Below are positions 47,205 through 60,593 of a stretch of DNA of 64,000 bases, one piece after another. How positions within the stretch are numbered: position 1 is the stretch's first letter; each line of letters begins with the position of its first letter. The position numbers and the translations under genes are program-made. Origin of the DNA: a virus (lineage: Duplodnaviria > Caudoviricetes); the IMG/VR virus record IMGVR_UViG_2832702071_000001, positions 1-64,000 of that record; one strand, given 5' to 3'. The notes below the pieces were generated by a model. The model saw only the letters and a program-made list of their open reading frames with translations. It was not told where the DNA came from and ran no database searches.

Positions 47205-49355
47205 TCAGTTACCGTTCAATCACAGCAGATACATCAAAAATATTAATTATGCCCTTATCCCATTCCAATACTTCATTGCCATTTTTCAAAGCTCTCTTGT
47301 AAGATTCGATTAGATTGTATTCTGTTTTAGCTGTTGTCATCAAGCCATATGTTCCCCAAATGTCATAATTTCTTTCTTTGATTTCCATTTAATTTCCTCC
47401 TATAAAACCAGAATTTCATCTCATATATTTTGCTGCACAAAAACCACCTATATACATTAATATTAATGGCACAAAATGAAACCATTCTAAATTTTTATTT
47501 ATTAATCCTACAATAAATCCAGCAGATAGCAGACAAATTCCACTAGTTAAAGAAAGTAGTTTATTTTGGTTTTCTTTCAGCATCTTTCTTAAATCAACGC
47601 TCATCATTCATGACACCTCTCACTCTAATAAAAAATATATTTTAACCAAAGTTCAACATTTGGTATTAATGTTTAATCTAATATATCCATCTGCATATTT
47701 GAGTTTAATTTGATTTCGGACTTCCATGCCATCGTTATCAGTGATCATAAGCCCTAGATTATTATATAATGAGTAACCTTCTTCTTTTAAAGCTTTGTGA
47801 ATCAACCTTTCTATAAATAAAGCTTCTGAGATCTCAGTTTTTTGATTATCTATTCTAATCACCCTTTTCTCCTTCTAATGAAGTTTTCGTTTTATTTTGA
47901 CACACAATCGTCTTTGACAACGACGAGTTTCTTATTGCCTCTTGTTAGTAAAAAATTTTCTAATCTATGTTCATAAATACTATACCAAACCATTTTTTTC
48001 TCATCGAGGCTATCAACACTCATTGTTGCATCACCATCATATATTAAGAAATTTAAAATTTGTTGAGTTGTATTACCTTTTCCTACCCCAAGGTCTCTTT
48101 CTGGTTTAAGATTAAATTCTTTCATTTTAATTTCCTCCTAATTTTATAATAGTTTTTCATTTTATTTGTTAGTTTGAATATCTTCTAATTTGCTCAACTC
48201 ATCAAAAAGATCCTTGCTAATTAGTTTCCAACTCATATCTCCATCAGTTCTAAGACCTATCGAATAGCTGTTCGTTATTGTATCATAAGCAACTTTAACA
48301 GCCCCGTTTTTGTTCTGCAAAACCTTTACACTTTTAAATTCAAGCATTTAATCCACTCCCCTTTCTGATAAAACATTCCTTTTATCGCATTATAATATCA
48401 TTTTTATTGCCTGTATTTTTCTATTTTTACGTCGAGACAACACTCTCCTACACACCATATTTCTGCATATATTTTAACAGTATGTTTATATGCGATCTTT
48501 TTATTTTTAGCCTTCACTATTCCGCCGAATAAATCACTACTACCTATCACATTTACACTTGTACGATATACATTCAACAACAGACCACCTTTTAATTTGT
48601 TGATTATCTTATACCTTTTATTATAATGTTATTTATGTCAACTGTTATTTTTATATTTTTCCTTTATTTCTTGCTTAGCCCTGATTCTTTCCCATTCCTT
48701 CTTGAAAACCAAATCCTCCTTGTCGCATTTTGGACAATAAATATAGCAAGCACGTTCAATTTCAATATATATTGGATCAGTTGTAATATATCCATCTTTC
48801 ACGTAATGCCAAATATGATTACAAGTATGTCTAGGTTTATTTTTGAAAATATTTAGTAAACCCACGCCCTCACTCCTTCCGTTAAAAGATCAGTTTTATT
48901 AAAGCTTTAAAAACCGCAGTGGACTATCAATTGACCTATTTGTTCTTTCAAATTGTTTTAGAAAGCTGTGAACTGATCTCATATCTTGATTAGATAGATC
49001 AATAAATTTAACATATTCTGGTTTCCCTTGAATTGAAATTATCGCCCAACTATGATTTTCGTAGTGGTTAATGTCTGCTGAAATATTGAATTGTTTCATC
49101 AGAATATTGTTTTCTTCGATTATTTTCTGATTTTGGTCTTGTAATTGATTCAATCTTGAGAATAATGTTGAGAATTTTTGTTCATTCCTAACGATGTCAT
49201 CCTGTCTTTTTTCTTTTAATTCAGTAATACCAATGTGTTTTTGAATTTTTAATTTAAACCATTCTATGATTTTCATGTTTTCTCCTTTAAATTTATAATT
49301 TTATATTAAATTATAATTATATATTTGTCAACAATAAAATGATCTTTTTATTTGG

Positions 49356-50630
49356 TTAAATAAATGGCAAATCTTCATCATCTTGATTTGGTTTGCCTAA
49401 AACCTCTAATGGCACACACTTTGTAAACGTAGGATAACCATTGTGTAATCCATTAAAATATTCTGGTTGAACCTTTGCTTTTAACAAAACAGACTTATCA
49501 TTACTCTTATAAAACTCTTTGATCTCTTTTTCTCGTCCTAAAAATAACCCATATCTATGCTTTGCTTCAACCTCTTCATTCAACTTATATTCAAATGCTT
49601 CTGTGTGAAAACTTGTTAGACGCCCGTCTTCATGTTGCTTAACATATTTATAGACAATGCCATCTTTAATCCACTCGGAAATATTTACTTCTTCTGCGTC
49701 ATCTTTTAAATGTCCACAATCATCTATTACGCCATCCCACGACAATTTATATTTTTCATTATTATGAATAAAATATCTCTGCTTTAATCCTAATGCGTTC
49801 TCAATTAAGTCATCGATGCTATTAAAAGATATGTCTTCTGGTTTTATAAAATAAGTCTCATCTAGATGTAGATTTGCTAGTTTATCCACTGCTTTTTCCA
49901 AGTCAAAAGCTTCTGTCTTGTCATCTGGAAGAACTTTATCTAGATTGACTCCATACATCCCACCGAGCTGATCTTTTAGTTCCTCATAAGAATTGATCTG
50001 TAAGTTCATACAAGTCATAACAATTCTGAATAGCTCTTGCTTGGATATTGTAAAACCTTTATCCTCATACTTATGTGTTCTAATTAAACTCATTAATGGG
50101 AAAGAAGTGCCTTTGTTGAATTTTAAGATACGCTGCGAATTATTTTTTAAGAAATCTCTATGTAAAATAAACTCTTCGCTAATAAAATCATATGCACCCA
50201 TACAAACCGTAAAGTCAAAAGAATTAAAAATATCTCTAGCAGAATTAAATAAATCATAGTGAATTGCCTGAATATGCAAAATTACCTCTTTGTTATTTAT
50301 AATCCTACTTCTACCGAAAAGGGTTGCTTTTTTTGTGTGTGATATAATATGATAGCTATACATCTCAGCCAAAAATTTAGCAATATCATCTTTTGTTCTA
50401 AAGTAAACATCGATATCATTAATTTCGTTATTAGTAAAGAGGCTTGTAATAGCTCCACCGGCAATGATTGCATTTGTATCCTTTAAAATATTATAAATAT
50501 CGTCTCCTAAAAAGTGCTTTAATTTTTTCTTTTCAAAGTCTGTATTAAGTTTCTGTTCGTTGATAATATTTTGATAAGATTTAATCTCTTTCCCTAATCC
50601 ATCAATATGCTCTTCTAATTTTTCTAACAT
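49356..50630 (-). CDS. Nucleotidyltransferase-fold protein
   Basis: AGGAITS...NDIDVYF and FDFTVC motifs. Confidence 0.7.
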   Translation of the reverse strand: MLEKLEEHIDGLGKEIKSYQNIINEQKLNTDFEKKKLKHFLGDDIYNILKDTNAIIAGGAITSLFTNNEINDIDVYFRTKDDIAKFLAEMYSYHIISHTKKATLFGRSRIINNKEVILHIQAIHYDLFNSARDIFNSFDFTVCMGAYDFISEEFILHRDFLKNNSQRILKFNKGTSFPLMSLIRTHKYEDKGFTISKQELFRIVMTCMNLQINSYEELKDQLGGMYGVNLDKVLPDDKTEAFDLEKAVDKLANLHLDETYFIKPEDISFNSIDDLIENALGLKQRYFIHNNEKYKLSWDGVIDDCGHLKDDAEEVNISEWIKDGIVYKYVKQHEDGRLTSFHTEAFEYKLNEEVEAKHRYGLFLGREKEIKEFYKSNDKSVLLKAKVQPEYFNGLHNGYPTFTKCVPLEVLGKPNQDDEDLPFI

Positions 50631-53581
50631 TTTATCTCCTCCATATATTTTTCTAATAAAATAGTTGTTTTATTATCAATTTTAATTAATTAAACTAACA
50701 AAAATTTTTATCTTTTTGCAAAACACGATCTACTATATTTATATACCTCTTTGGCTTAACCCAATAATACGTCACAACAACAAAATTGCCGTCATCATCA
50801 ACTTTATATATAACTTCTATATTTTTCAGTGTCTTCTTGTAACTGCCATGCGCTGCTATTCCATATTGACCCTTAGCTATCGTTTGAACAATCTTATATC
50901 TTGGTATTCTTGTTCTGTCTTTGCCGTCATATCTTGTGCCATTCTTATTATCATGAGCATGATATGTAAAAACCAATCTCTTGTCTACATATCTACAGTT
51001 ATACATTTCACCACCCCTCTTTCTATTAGTCCGACTTTCTCATTCTAATGTAATATCTTTTTCGCATACTCCCGTAATTTCGACTATCATATGTAGATGT
51101 AGATCCAAGAGGAGTATCGGTAATTTCTTTATATTTCCCCACTGCTTCCCAACCTCTCTTACTCAATTCCCAGATAGCTAAAGATAAATCACGCTTATTA
51201 CTTCTTTTTATAATCGTTTCCATACAACCACTCCCTTTTTATATTAAATTATAATTATATATTATAAAATTTTTAGCGATATTTCTTCGCTGCTGTTATA
51301 TTGCTTACCATTTATATTAAATTATAATTATAAATAAGTCAATAGAATAAAACAATCTTTTTATTTGTTTATCCTTCTTTTGTAAGCATTCCACAACAAA
51401 TCAATTAATTCAGATCCAGTATATTCAATGTTTTCTGCTGTTTTCACAGTCCATTCATCCTTAAATAAATGTCTGAGTATTGAAATACTATCTAATAATT
51501 CAATCAATTTGCCTATCGTCACCTTCTTATGATGGTATTTGTACCAATCCTCTCTTGGTACGATGTCATCGAACATATTATAAAATTGATCTTCCGTTAT
51601 TTCTTTTGCCCGCTTTGGTGTAATGTGCTGTTTCACTTTTAATTCTCCTTTTTATACATATCTTTCAACAATTTACTTTTAATTTCATTATACTCTTCAC
51701 TTGTAGCGCCAAATCTAAGTTGAATTTCTGCTTCACTGCTAAATTTATTTTCTCGTCTTGAATGTAAAAAATCAAAAATGCTTCTATAAATTACTGATTG
51801 CATCATTGGTGAAAATTTATTAACCCAGCCCTCATTTTCTCGATAATCTAATTTACCTCTGTATATTTCCTCTGAAGTATCGAAAGAAACATTTAATCCT
51901 GAACAATCAGTTGTTAATCCCCCTTCAAATAGTCCACATACCTTACAGACAGATAGTTCATGATCCTCATCCCAGACATGTTCCATATAATCAATCTACC
52001 TCCTCTAAACAATCAACTGAAAATCCACCGCTTTTACCTTTTAATAAAACAACCTTTTCACCATGTCCTAACTCCCACGGTTCACTTCTTGTAATCCACA
52101 CTTTATCGGGATTCTTTCTTGCTTCGTAGCAATTGATCATTTTTACCTTTGTTCCAATTTCCATTCTCTATCATCCTTTTCCATTAAAATTGTCATTTTA
52201 ATTCTTGTTATGAATATCACCAGACCAGACTCGTTCTTTGTTACAATTTACACATCTATGAAAACTTTTGTATATTCCTGCATGATAGCAAACATAATGG
52301 TGCAATCCTATTTTACACCATTTACCTTTGTTTACACTTCCTATATAAGCTAATTTCTTAATTGTTTTCGCATATTGCTTTGCTTCTTTCTTATCGGTAA
52401 ATTGAATACCTGTTCTTATTATTGAATTATTCTCATAAATAAAATACCGTTTCGAACTTCTGTCATATTTAACCTTCAATCTACTCAATCAACCACATCC
52501 TTTAAAGTGCGTCTTTTACTCGATATCAATCTCGTCTTTATATGAATCGTTTAATCTTGCAACATATTTATTTTTCTCGATATCCCAACTTATATAATAT
52601 TGGTCTTTTTCAAAATCACAGTATTCTTCTAACCTAACTAAATATGGATCATAAAATTCATCGCCAAAGTTTTCTAATATTATTCCAGTCTCTTGTGTTA
52701 CTTTTGTCATCTTTTCTAAAAATTCTTTCACTTGCTTTTCCATTTTAATACCTCCTCTAATTAGTAACGTTATACTCCTGTTTAATTTTTTGCTTAGTTT
52801 TAATTTTTTCCCACTCTTCTACATAAACTAATTTTTCTGTGTTACATTTAGGACAAAATACACAGCAACCTCTTTCTAATATTACGTATATCGGATCTTC
52901 TGTTATATAATCATCTTTGATATAATGCCAGTCATGTTCACATTTGTTTTTAGACTTTTTGAAAAACCCCAGCAATATTTATCACCTCCTGTTATTTTAA
53001 TCAGTTAAAAGGAAAATTTTATCTTAATATCATATTATTATTTTTGATCTTGTTCACAATTGTCGCCTTTCTAGATTCTCCACACCATGCATAAGGATAA
53101 GTGTTTTCAGAATCCTTACCCTTAACCTTATCTATAAAATCATTAAATGCTTCTCGATTAATTCTTTCCCAAAAGAATATTTTAGTAGACTCTGGTTGCT
53201 CATCAAATGATAAAGTTTCATCCTTAAAAGCATCAACACAAGTATCTATAATTCCATCATAAATTTTAAAACTTTCATGAGGATTATCATCACTAATCCA
53301 TTCTTGACCTATTTTTAATTCCAGTGATCTCACACCTTTCCTGTTATAGTTAATTATCTTAATTTATATCTTGCCATACCCCTATCAAATGCATCTTTTA
53401 GACTTATAGATCTAGGAAATTCTCTTTTTAACCATTCTTCAGACGGATAATATAAACTGTGTCGGTCATATGGTTGCGCCTCATCTTCAACAAATTCAAT
53501 ACTTCCTAAATACCATCCGGCAGCAGATTCCATTCTTACACGATTAATAATCAATCTTATACCTCCCATAAAAGAAACGTT

Positions 53582-54037
53582 TTATTGTATAAATTTAACC
53601 AAAGTAACCTCATAATCTTTAAAAGCACTGTCTATCAAGTCATAGACAATCTCCCAATCTCCTCCTGCTAAACCGCAACCTATACCATGTGGTAAAGCAA
53701 CACTTAAATTCAGAGATTTTGCCATTGATGATAACCTATTCAATGATTCACTAAGAGCTAAATAATCAGTCTGCTGCTTTTGAGTTCCTATTGATTCTTG
53801 ACCAAATAAATTGCTTACATATTTATTTTTATCGACAATTACAATTTGATGTTTGCCTAATAATTTGCGCTTTTCTATATGACTATCCACTAAACCTTTG
53901 TATTGCTCGAAAGCAATAGGATATTTATTTTTAATCTGTTTTGCTAAACCTGCACCCATAACACCGATACAATTAACTTGATGTCCAATGATATTTTTAT
54001 CTGTATTCAGAATATTACCTTCAACTATTTTTATCAT
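53582..54037 (-). CDS. Macrodomain protein (TARG1/DarG-like class)
   Basis: GNIL, HQVNCIGVMGAGLA, PHGIGCGLAGGDW. Confidence 0.88.
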   Translation of the reverse strand: MIKIVEGNILNTDKNIIGHQVNCIGVMGAGLAKQIKNKYPIAFEQYKGLVDSHIEKRKLLGKHQIVIVDKNKYVSNLFGQESIGTQKQQTDYLALSESLNRLSSMAKSLNLSVALPHGIGCGLAGGDWEIVYDLIDSAFKDYEVTLVKFIQ

Positions 54038-55134
54038 TTTATCATCTCCTTTAAAATGTGCATTTCAATCTAATATTAAAATATATACTCTACTTTTACT
54101 GGAATACTAATTGTATCTTTTACACCTGTTCCGAAACTAGCCTTAACTCCATACTCTGATTCTAGCTCGATATCACCTATAACATAATTTACATCTTTTA
54201 AGCTCATCAATTCTTCTTCTGAGATAGAGTCTTTGAAGTATAGATGCTTATTAATAAGAGGTAATAAAGCTTCACCTATAAGATTGGCAGTAAAAAGAAT
54301 TGTTCCATCATGTGTTGATTCTTTGATTATTTGGTGATGGAATTCTTTATTTGTACTTTTATCATATTCTATATGTCCTACTTCTAATCCTGATCCATAA
54401 CCACTGCTTTCTAATATTGATGAGATGTATTCCATGGGATTTATAATATCTATTTTACTCATTATTTTTTCTCCTTTTTAATTAATTAAAATCTGCATTT
54501 TACACTAGAACCCAGTTACCTTCCTTGATTGCTGATTCAACTTTTTCTTTTGTATATGTTAAAATGTCATCTGAATCAATGACATAGCAACTTTTATCGT
54601 AGTCCCATCTCCCCGTATGAATTTCTTCTTTATCTAACAATGGTATTATAAAAGTAAATTGCAAAGAATTCATTGTTCAATCTCCCTCTTTAATATAAAA
54701 TTCGTATTTTATTGAATTATATTGGATTCCATTTGTACCTTGTTTTCCGATAGATATCTAACATCTACAATCACCATGTCTAACTCTTCTGATGGAATAG
54801 ATAACCCATAATCAAATTGAAATATAAAAGACTTGTCAACTAAAGACTTTTTAAAAAGACTTAAAATTTCTCCATTGTTTTTGTCTTCATATATACTGTG
54901 GTTAAAATTAAGGCTGAATCCAATCACCATTTGATTTTCATTTTTATAAAAATTTGCATTACTAAAATACAAAGTAGGTAAACCTTTTTTGTTTTGCACA
55001 GTCTTTTCATAAACTATTACGTTCATTTATTTTATCACCATCCCATCGGTTAAAACCCATCTTTTAACGCATTTGCTTATTCCAGCTGTAATGTCATTCT
55101 GATACTAAGATTTCTTTATATTTTATTAATCATA

Positions 55135-55530
55135 TTAAACTACTACTAAACATTTAGTCTTCATAAACTCTTCATAGTCCATATCACCCTTATCTTCATT
55201 ACATTTGGCGCAACTACACACTAGGTTGAAAGGAGTAGAGCATCCCCCTTTAGATTTTGGAGTTTTGTGGTCTATTGTGTCTCCATATCCGCCACAATAA
55301 TGACATGTATAGTTATCTCTTTTTTTTATATATTTTTTCATCTGTTTATTGCTTCTAAACTTCTCAACAGTATGATCATCTATAACCCTACAACTACCTT
55401 CTCTTACATGTATCAACGCCTTTTCATAAGACAAAAAACTTATAAATCTATGTTTGTTCTTAGTGCTGGACTTAACAACCACCACACCATCCTCGTTTGG
55501 TTTTAAATGTTTTAATTTTACTTTAACCAC
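55135..55530 (-). CDS. HNH endonuclease
   Basis: RDNYTCHYCG..TIDH..PKSKGG...NLVCSCAKCN. Confidence 0.9.
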   Translation of the reverse strand: MVKVKLKHLKPNEDGVVVVKSSTKNKHRFISFLSYEKALIHVREGSCRVIDDHTVEKFRSNKQMKKYIKKRDNYTCHYCGGYGDTIDHKTPKSKGGCSTPFNLVCSCAKCNEDKGDMDYEEFMKTKCLVVV

Positions 55531-58138
55531 CTTCTTTTCATAATAATCCTACTAAAACTCATATTTCATTCTATATTTTTCAAATTATCTTTATGAATAA
55601 ACCATCCATAATTAGGTACTAACAACGTACCATCTTCTAGCTCGCATTTGTGAGCATCTTCAAATTCAAAAGAAAAATTAACTGCTACCATCCCATCGTC
55701 TAATATATCTGAAACGACCTCCCCATGATCTCCTTTTTGTAGAAATGAACCATCTGGATTGTCAATCAAAACTTCCACTATACATCCCTTTTTAACTATT
55801 CTATTTGTCAATCTTATTCATCCCTTTCTCAATGAAAGTCACATTTTAATCAATTGCTACCTCTTTTGCTATACTGATAATCTCTTTCATTTCGTCTTTT
55901 GGAATCTCATTAAAGTAAACATCATGGAAATCCTCTTTGACAAACTCATTAATTTTATTTTTTAAACTTACAAATTCAAAATCTTTTTCAATAATTTCTC
56001 CTTTAAAAACCAGCTCAACAACATCACAACCTAACATGCTAATAAACCCCAGTGATTTCTTGACATCGCTGTTATAGTTCTTTAATCTATAGGCTACCGT
56101 TTTGTCTTCGCCTGTGAAAAATTTTACATAATACACGCCTATCTTCCTTTCTCAATGAAATCATTCTTTTATTCAATGAATTGCTAACCTATTATTTACA
56201 TGACCACATATTTTGCATTTTTTCTCATGTGTAAACCACCCATGATCTATTTTTACCAATTCATACTCGTGTTTGTGATCACTTTTCTTTGAAGATTTAC
56301 TCATTAATATTCACTCCTAGATAACTCTTTAAATATTTTATATCTTTTTCAACATTTTTAATTTGGTTATCAATAATTTTTTGTGCTAATTCAAAATCAA
56401 CTATCTTTTCATGAGCCATATCTGATACATTTCTAATTAGCTGCGCTTTGTCATTAATATTTCTTGAAAAATCTACTATAGAGTTAATTTGTAGTTTACT
56501 TGGTGACAATTTATTGTTAATCTTATCTCGTTCCTCAAATACATTATCAATCACTTTAGACCATTTCTCAATATGATTCCTATTACTCTTTGTCATCATC
56601 ATTACCTCCTAAAATATCCGAAAATAGATCTTCTAACTCAATTTTCCTATTATTAATATAAAATCCAGCCCTATCTGCTGTCGCTTTAGTTACCTTTAGT
56701 CCATTTTCTTCAGCTATTCTTCTTATTCTGTCTTCCGATAAATCCCAGCTCAAATTATCAACTCCTGTTATGATAAAATTCATGCTTTATTCCTTATCAT
56801 CCCAACTACAATTGTCTCCAATAAATTCCCATATCCAATCTTTAAAATCCTCTTCAATTTCATCGTCCGTTGTTTCTTCCTCGTATTCAAATTCTTCTGT
56901 AATTTCGTCTCCCCATCCTCTTTGAAACCTAAATATGACTGATCTCATATTAATTCCTCCTATAAAATTGATATTTTAACTCAATAGCTTCTTTCTGGAC
57001 AAATGTTTTTCCAATCCATTTCAATAATATTTCCTTTATCATCTGTCACCCATTCATCTGTATAGAAACACCTACTCATCACTCTCTTAATATCATCTAG
57101 CGTATCAAATTTAGTTGAATGTGGAATGCCTCTATCTTGCGACCATCCTGTAGGCTTCCAATGCAAATTGTAATGCTTACTCATCTAATTCCTCCCAATG
57201 ACCGTCAATATTTTCAGTAACCCAATCCTTATAATATTCTTCGACAACCTCTTCTTTCTCCATTTCATCTAATCCCTCAAGAAAATTGTCCGCGATCTCA
57301 ACTTCCTCCTCTACTTTTGACCCAACATAACGTGTACTTACTGTAAATAAGAATTTTGCCACTTACATTCCTTCCTTTCCAACAAATTTATTATTTTAAT
57401 CTATAGCTTAGCAGCTAACTCGTATACCAACTCTTTAATTTTAGCCGATTTGTTTTGCTCCTCATTGATCATATCAATAACTTTGCTCAATTCCTTTTCT
57501 AAGTCAGACCCACTCTCAGCATGTTCTCGTAAAATCATCATCATATTTTGCTGAATCCGTGAAAAATCAACTTTTTCAACATTATTAGTTTCCATTATTA
57601 AATTCTCCTTTTATAATTATTTTTTAAACTGCTAAATGGTTGATTGAGAATATTTTGTTGCCTTTGACATAATATTCAATTATATCTCCTGATGGTTTGT
57701 ATTCCGTTTCTTCGAGTTTATATCCTTTCTTCAACAATTCTTTTATCTTTTTGTTATATCTCAACCCATCTTCGTCTGTGTAGCCAACTATGAGATCTTC
57801 TCTAATGATATTTAAATGCATTTTAGTTCCTCTTCCAACTCATCTATCTCTTTTTGAACATTTTCTTTTGTCAATTTTATCACCCTCTTTTTTTATTTAA
57901 TCCCTTGAATATTTATTCTTCTTCATAATGTTCTTCTTCAAGCCTTTGATCCATTTGTTTTGTCATTTCCTTTGTAATCTTGTTATCTCTTTCCCACTCA
58001 ACCAATTCTAAATAAACATTTGCATTGTCAATTATCCCATCTTCATTTGCCATTCTCTCTAAAATATCACTATATTCCTTATATTGTTTTTCATTATACA
58101 ATTTCTTCATTTTAATCACTCCTAACAAATTTATTATC

Positions 58139-58729
58139 TCACAACTTCTTTATTTCTTCCCACACTACCTTTATGGCATTTTGCTTGTCTTCGTCTGCTT
58201 CTGCTATCTCAAGCAACCAACCCTCTGACACAAGCCTGAGTAAGTCAATATCCTTGTTGTTACTAACACCTTTTTTTGTTCCAAGTAAATCATCTAATGA
58301 CACGTCAAAATAATCCGCCAAAATAACCAATGAATTCAGATTTGGTTCTCTACCACCAATTTCGTATTTTGAGTAACCCGACCTGCTTATGTTAATTATT
58401 TTTGATAAATCATCCATTGTTTTTTTCTTATTTTTTCTTAATAATCTTAACTTCTTCCCAAATTCTGTTTGAGCCCTTTCTGAAACTTCTTTTTCGTCTA
58501 CGTGATAAGAAAAATCATCGTCGGTCTTTGTCAGCCATCGACTATCTACGTCAAAAATTTCTGCCAATTTGTCTAGTTGCTCAGGAGTTGGTCTTGCATA
58601 GCCTGTTTCATAATTTGTTATAGTTGTTCTTGTTACTCCTGCCTTCATAGCTAATTGTGATTGAGTTAGCGCCTTTGTGTGACGTAAATATTTTATTTTT
58701 TTTGCCAATACTCTGTCTGTCATTATCAA
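58139..58729 (-). CDS. XRE-family regulator with two HTH domains
   Basis: LTQSQLA..GVTRTTITNYETG and TMDDLS..ISRSGYSKYEIG. Confidence 0.9.
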   Translation of the reverse strand: MIMTDRVLAKKIKYLRHTKALTQSQLAMKAGVTRTTITNYETGYARPTPEQLDKLAEIFDVDSRWLTKTDDDFSYHVDEKEVSERAQTEFGKKLRLLRKNKKKTMDDLSKIINISRSGYSKYEIGGREPNLNSLVILADYFDVSLDDLLGTKKGVSNNKDIDLLRLVSEGWLLEIAEADEDKQNAIKVVWEEIKKL

Positions 58730-59372
58730 ACAACTCCCGCTATAAAATGTTTATTTTAACCTATACTTTAAAACTCTACCCCGATGATTTTTCATCTCTA
58801 AATAAATTGAATCAAAGTCTAATATATTTTTAACCTCATCGACTTTAATTGTTCTTGTTAGATTTAATTCAAAAATTGTTTTTGGTGGGGTATTTATTAT
58901 GTTTATATCATCGATTCCATAGGAAATTTTCCCATTTCTTTCGGTAGATTTGTCATATAACTTATCTTTTAACAATAATTCTTTATTCTTATAGATGCAT
59001 AAAGATAAGTCACGAAAAACTTTAGGTACTTCGGAACTATTGTATACTTCTAATGTCGTTTGAATTTGAATCTCACTTGCTTTGTTCTTTTCCGCTGCTC
59101 CTAGCTTTTGGTATGATCCCCATCCTTCGTCAACATTATTTCGGAACTCTAAATCAAACAATCTAACATATATTCTCAAGCTACCAACATTCTTTAGCAA
59201 CTGAGATGATGTAAGTGTTACAACAACTCCTAACAATGTTCCTATGATGGATTGATACTCTAAAAAAACTTCCTTTAACTGATCCACACCCTTTATCCCC
59301 TTTGTAATAAGATAAAACATATATTTTATTGATTAATTCTATTTTAAATTATAATTATATAGAAGTCAATAA

Positions 59373-59405
59373 AAAAAGACATCTTTTTTATTTAGATGCC
59401 TTTTT
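59373..59405 (-). terminator. Intrinsic terminator at the end of the YopR-like gene
   Basis: Inverted repeat aaaaagacatct...agatgccttttt. Confidence 0.55.
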
Positions 59406-60413
59406 CAGTAGATCTGTATATTCTGGGTATATTTTTAATAAATCCTTCTTGATACTTATTAATGACTGATACATACGGTCATCATCATTTGTATTTATAG
59501 AGAACCTTTTGAACAAACCATTTACAACGGCTTCTGAGTGTATGCTGATTTTATATCCTCTGTCTATTATCAACTTCAAAAAGTATGCTTTCCCAGATTT
59601 TTCAACATTTTTTAAACTTAAATTCAAACCTGTATATTTACTGAAAGCTTTGGCACGCATAGATAGCGTTGGACTACTTACACGAGTATTCCCGACATTT
59701 ACTCCGACAATGGTTGGTTTGAATATATAATCAGTACCAACAACGTCATAATATGTTCTAAAGTTTTTCGTTTTATTTCTATTTTCAACCGAATTTAAAT
59801 CCATATATCTATTATAAATGTTTGTATTCTTGACTTTATCAACAAGATACAAACAATAGTCATCAACAATAATATCATTGTAATAATTATTTATTTGGCT
59901 CATTCTTAAAATTTTGTTATCAAAATCAAAATGATCATGTTTAATTTCAGTCAACACACTTGTTTTATTGCTTGCTGCACCCAAAAAAGCCAAATATACC
60001 AACAGCATGTCTTGATAATTTAAAAGAGGCTGTATTTCAACCATGTCATGTGATTTACCAATTGCATTGTATACAGAGTTGAAGCTCAACAAATCTTTGT
60101 CCTTAATAGTAATACCTTCTAACTCATCCTCAGTAACGGTGGATGCTTCAATTATATTTAAACGCTTCTCTCCTTGTTGTAAACCCCATTCTTGATACAT
60201 TTTAAGCCAATCAAGATAGCTCTTAGCGCTCCCTTTGGTTATCTTCTTATCTTTTAACCAACTAATAATTTCTTCTTTGTTAAAGTCTAAAATATCCTTA
60301 TTTAGTTTCTGTTCATAAGAAAATGTATTTGCAAAAAACCATCTCCAATGATTTTCATTGTTTATAAATTTATTAATAAATTCATTTTTGTTTTTAGCCT
60401 GGTAAATCCCCAT
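59388..60413 (-). CDS. YopR/MrpR-like tyrosine-recombinase-fold protein, probably a catalytically inactive repressor
   Basis: YEQKLNKDILDFNKEEI N-terminal domain and LLVYLAFLG. KNVEKSG replaces the HxxR motif. Lies downstream of the arbitrium module. Likely ATG at 60413. Confidence 0.7.
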   Translation of the reverse strand: MGIYQAKNKNEFINKFINNENHWRWFFANTFSYEQKLNKDILDFNKEEIISWLKDKKITKGSAKSYLDWLKMYQEWGLQQGEKRLNIIEASTVTEDELEGITIKDKDLLSFNSVYNAIGKSHDMVEIQPLLNYQDMLLVYLAFLGAASNKTSVLTEIKHDHFDFDNKILRMSQINNYYNDIIVDDYCLYLVDKVKNTNIYNRYMDLNSVENRNKTKNFRTYYDVVGTDYIFKPTIVGVNVGNTRVSSPTLSMRAKAFSKYTGLNLSLKNVEKSGKAYFLKLIIDRGYKISIHSEAVVNGLFKRFSINTNDDDRMYQSLISIKKDLLKIYPEYTDLLKKASK

Positions 60414-60562
60414 AATTTTCACCCTTTCATTTTTACTATGATACCACATTACACTTGTTTTTAAACAATTATGTTTGATTACCACAAAAATATTATATAA
60501 TTATAAAAAAATATTGTAAAGCCTGATTATGAACTTATTGGTTAATGTAACACAAATGTAAT

Positions 60563-60588
60563 AAAGCCCACTATCGCAAGTGGACTTT
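60563..60588 (-). terminator. Intrinsic terminator after the aimX-position gene
   Basis: Inverted repeat aaagcccact-atcgca-agtggacttt. Confidence 0.6.
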
Positions 60589-60593
60589 AGATG

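Noticed and set aside
59388-60485. Calling this ORF the active phage integrase
   Set aside because: The catalytic R and HxxR motifs are not recognisable, and the context fits a repressor.
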